A DNA stretch of 63,408 nt, filler included, from Nitrospirae bacterium CG2_30_53_67 (GTDB taxonomy: Bacteria > CG2-30-53-67): NCBI GenBank assembly GCA_001873285.1. It is 7 parts of 7 records of this genome, joined end to end, with 100 filler letters (N's around TTAATTAATTAA, not from the genome) between each part and the next. Parts side by side here need not be neighbours in the genome. Positions count along the whole stretch, not along the records: positions 57,597 to 63,408 come from MNYV01000008.1; 6 more parts are not named here. One strand, given 5' to 3'. A program made the position numbers and the translations under genes. Below, in pieces: positions 60,858-63,408 of the stretch; position 1 is the first letter of the stretch; the number at the start of each line of letters is the position of its first letter. The notes beneath the pieces are model-generated. The model had not been told where the DNA came from. It saw only the letters and a program-made list of their open reading frames with translations, and did no database searches.

Positions 60858-60960
60858 CGCATCCCCTCAGAAATCCTTGGGCATCATACCAGAGAAAGCA
60901 TGAAAAAACAATCCCTATGAGACGCCCAAAAACAGAGATAGAAAATTGTTCTCCCAACAA

Positions 60961-61060
60961 ATCCCCCTCCCCTTGCGCGGGAGGGGGTGTGGGGGAGGGG
61001 TAACCTTAAAGGTGAAAACGATTCACCCTCACCCTGTCCTCTCCCATGAAGGGAGAAGGA
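60961..61060. repeat. family C REP-like pair
   Basis: ccccctcccttgcgcgggaggggg...ggagggg and caccctcaccctgtcctctcccatgaagggaga. Confidence 0.65.
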
Positions 61061-61165
61061 ATAATTTTGGAATTTCTATCGCGGATTTTGGGAGACGGGC
61101 AAAAGGGACAGATGGGTTAGCGGCAGAGAACATGGAACATGCCCCTTCATTGCTGCCGGATATGG

Positions 61166-61465
61166 TCATGGCATTTTCAGAAGCCGTTCACCCCGCCAGA
61201 CGCGGACGATACGAACTTTATTTTTTTCAAAGCGGTAGACGATCCGGAAAGGCTGAAAAATGATCTCTCGCAGATGCTCGACCTGGAACTCAGGCACAAC
61301 GCGTCCGCTCCGGGGATGGGCGCTCAGACGCTCGATCAGGCTGATGATCTCGTTCGTGAGCCGCACCCCGACATCGGGCGCCCCTTCGCCGGCGTAATAC
61401 GCCTGCAGTTCCTCCAGGTCGCCGATTGCGGACGCCGCAAATGTGATCGAGACCTTGCCGGCCAT
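61166..61465 (-). CDS. RelE/ParE-family toxin
   Basis: ITFAASAIGDLEEL, LSAHPRSGRVVPE, LREII..PFRIVYR, VRIVRVWR. Confidence 0.9.
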   Translation of the reverse strand: MAGKVSITFAASAIGDLEELQAYYAGEGAPDVGVRLTNEIISLIERLSAHPRSGRVVPEFQVEHLREIIFQPFRIVYRFEKNKVRIVRVWRGERLLKMP

Positions 61466-61469
61466 CGGA

Positions 61470-61739
61470 CTACTTCAGACCGAGGCGTTTCTTCGCCTCG
61501 GTCAGGGAAATCTCGCGGCCTTCCTCCAGATCCATTATTCCCTTCACCACCGCCTGCATGAAGGAGCGCTGCTCGGTTTCTTCTTCGTAATCCTTGAGCG
61601 CCTGGAGTACCGCGACCCCCCGGCCTCTGCTCGTCAGCAGGATCGGCCGGCGCGTCTCGTTCACGTGCGAAACCACCTTCCCGGGGTTCACCTTCAGGGC
61701 GCCGAGCGGGATAATGTCCTCGGAAAATTTCGTACCCAT
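61470..61739 (-). CDS. Phd/YefM-family antitoxin
   Basis: DIIPLGALK, RPILLTSRGRGVAVL..DYE; GGAGG RBS; directly upstream of the toxin. Confidence 0.9.
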   Translation of the reverse strand: MGTKFSEDIIPLGALKVNPGKVVSHVNETRRPILLTSRGRGVAVLQALKDYEEETEQRSFMQAVVKGIMDLEEGREISLTEAKKRLGLK

Positions 61740-61887
61740 AGAGACCTCCAGACTGGTATTGTTAATTGGTCGGATTATAGCACTTATTAAAAGGACTGTC
61801 AACTGGGCTATGAGATAGCGGGGAATTTTCTTTGAGTTCTTTGCAGTGTTCGTCTATGCTGATGGAAACTTAGAAAAGGGTCTTGAT

Positions 61888-62028
61888 GTGAATCTTCAGG
61901 AACTTCTCGACATTCAGGTCTTGGGTGTCACGATCAGATCTGCTGCAAGAGCGGCTGTCTTCGGCGGGATTGCGGTGATCCTTGTCCGGAAGCTTATACG
62001 AATAATCAAAGGGGGACGAAGCCGGTAA
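61888..62028 (+). CDS. candidate small membrane protein (46 aa)
   Basis: GTG start after AAAGGG; NLQELLDIQVLGVT..AAVFGGIAVILV then basic tail. Confidence 0.35.
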   Translation: MNLQELLDIQVLGVTIRSAARAAVFGGIAVILVRKLIRIIKGGRSR

Positions 62029-62035
62029 CCAGCGT

Positions 62036-63408
62036 CTAAACCGGCTCCTCTTCGAAATGGATCAAAAGGCGGGAGGCCATGGTCTGGACCTCTAACGACG
62101 GATCCTCGATGGCCTTCTGTATAATCTCTTTCTCTTTGGAGATCACGGCAACTGCCGAGTAGGCCCTCAGCGCCTTTGCCCGAACCTCGGGAAGGGGATC
62201 CTCCAGAATCACCCTTTTGAGCGCTTTCTTCAGATTCTTCCTTTTCAGGGTTCCAGCGATCATCATGGCCTTCAACTTCTCATTCTTCGTCGTCTTTCCG
62301 GACAGGATCTGCTCCTCTAAAAAGAGATCAAGGCTCTTTAATGTATGATCCTTGAGGATCTGGAATTCGAGTTTTTTGGATTCGGGTATCTGATCAATCA
62401 GAAGAGCAACCACGGGGTCGTCTCTGTTGGAAGTTATCTTTTTAAGGAGATTCCGCACCTTGACCTCTTTGAATTTGTCCAGGAAGCACGTTAGAAATTG
62501 GGGCTCGGCATAATGGAACAGGGACAACAGGGCATGGGCACTGATCCTTGAATCCTTCTCATAGACGGCGTTTCGAAGGTACGGAAGTGCGTCCGGGTCC
62601 TTGATGAGACCCAGTGCGAGGATGACCCTCAACCGTACAAGGAAGTCGGGATCATTCCGCATCTCACTAATGAACGACGACATGGCGGGGTTCAGGAAAA
62701 GCGCAATGGCATCCATGGTCGCAGCGCGGATAGCGGCATCGTTGTCTTGAAGCAATGAGAGGAGCAAAGCCTTGCTTTCCGGTTGACCCACCCCATGAAG
62801 AGCCCGGATAGACTGGTTTCTGATTTCCGGCTCTCCGATCCTTGCCAGGGTATACAAAAGCCTGGATGGATCAAAGGAACGGACTTCTTTGAGTTCACGG
62901 AGAACCTTCAGGTTGATCCGGTTTGCGGCTTTTAGTTCCTCAAGCAGAAGGTCCGGTCCTGCGGGATCAATCTGATGAACCGCCTCCAGAATGGATAACC
63001 GGAGCCGGAATCCGGCATCCTTGAATCTCTCAAAAAGCATGGGGAGGGATTTTTGGCTTTTGAACTGGCCCAGGGCCGAAGCCGCTATTGCCGAGACCTT
63101 CTGCTTCGGGTCATTCAGCAAAGCAATGAGTTGGCCTTCGGCCTCCAGAGCGTGGAGTTTCTTCAAGCCGGCAGCCGCTTCCACGCGGACCCTGGTCTGG
63201 GGGTCGCGAAGGAGCCGGATCAGATCAGGAATACATGAGCGATCTTCGAGGACGGTGAGGACACGAATTGCACTCGCACGCGTCCAGGGGCTCTCCTCTC
63301 CAAGGACATTGTGAAGGATGGGCAAGGTCTCCCTGCGTAATATCGAATCCGGTGAGAGGAGCCTGCCCAGGGCATCCATGGATGTCTTCCTGACCCAGTG
63401 GTGTTTGT
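62036..63408 (-). CDS. large HEAT-repeat protein (5' end outside window)
   Basis: Repeated LLxDxxxxVRxxAAxALG units; frame open to the window end. Confidence 0.88.
   Translation of the reverse strand, partial: KHHWVRKTSMDALGRLLSPDSILRRETLPILHNVLGEESPWTRASAIRVLTVLEDRSCIPDLIRLLRDPQTRVRVEAAAGLKKLHALEAEGQLIALLNDPKQKVSAIAASALGQFKSQKSLPMLFERFKDAGFRLRLSILEAVHQIDPAGPDLLLEELKAANRINLKVLRELKEVRSFDPSRLLYTLARIGEPEIRNQSIRALHGVGQPESKALLLSLLQDNDAAIRAATMDAIALFLNPAMSSFISEMRNDPDFLVRLRVILALGLIKDPDALPYLRNAVYEKDSRISAHALLSLFHYAEPQFLTCFLDKFKEVKVRNLLKKITSNRDDPVVALLIDQIPESKKLEFQILKDHTLKSLDLFLEEQILSGKTTKNEKLKAMMIAGTLKRKNLKKALKRVILEDPLPEVRAKALRAYSAVAVISKEKEIIQKAIEDPSLEVQTMASRLLIHFEEEPV

Overview
Draft-assembly window made of seven contigs joined by 100-nt artificial spacers (N-run/TTAATTAATTAA/N-run), so adjacency across spacers is not meaningful. 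Gene content and synteny (TIGR04442-like gene, hslU-argBDFG, galT-glgA-sensor kinase, hrcA-grpE-dnaK, ResB/CcsA, MshEN protein) point to an anaerobic Deltaproteobacteria/Desulfobacterota-like chromosome, mostly housekeeping. Highlights: (1) a bacterial operon of an archaeal-type RaSEA/TIGR01210 radical SAM enzyme, a class I PLP enzyme and a Ddl-like ATP-grasp ligase, behind a ~200-nt leader holding a Phe/Leu-rich uORF; (2) a selenocysteine peroxiredoxin split by the ORF caller, with UGA at the peroxidatic Cys and a SECIS-like hairpin; (3) several families of intergenic MITE/REP-like elements, some with readable target-site duplications and nested inside one another; (4) a perfect 22-bp palindrome over the DUF134 promoter and a CIRCE before hrcA. 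No tRNA, rRNA, CRISPR array or transposase was recognised. All family assignments come from motif recognition by eye; no searches were run.
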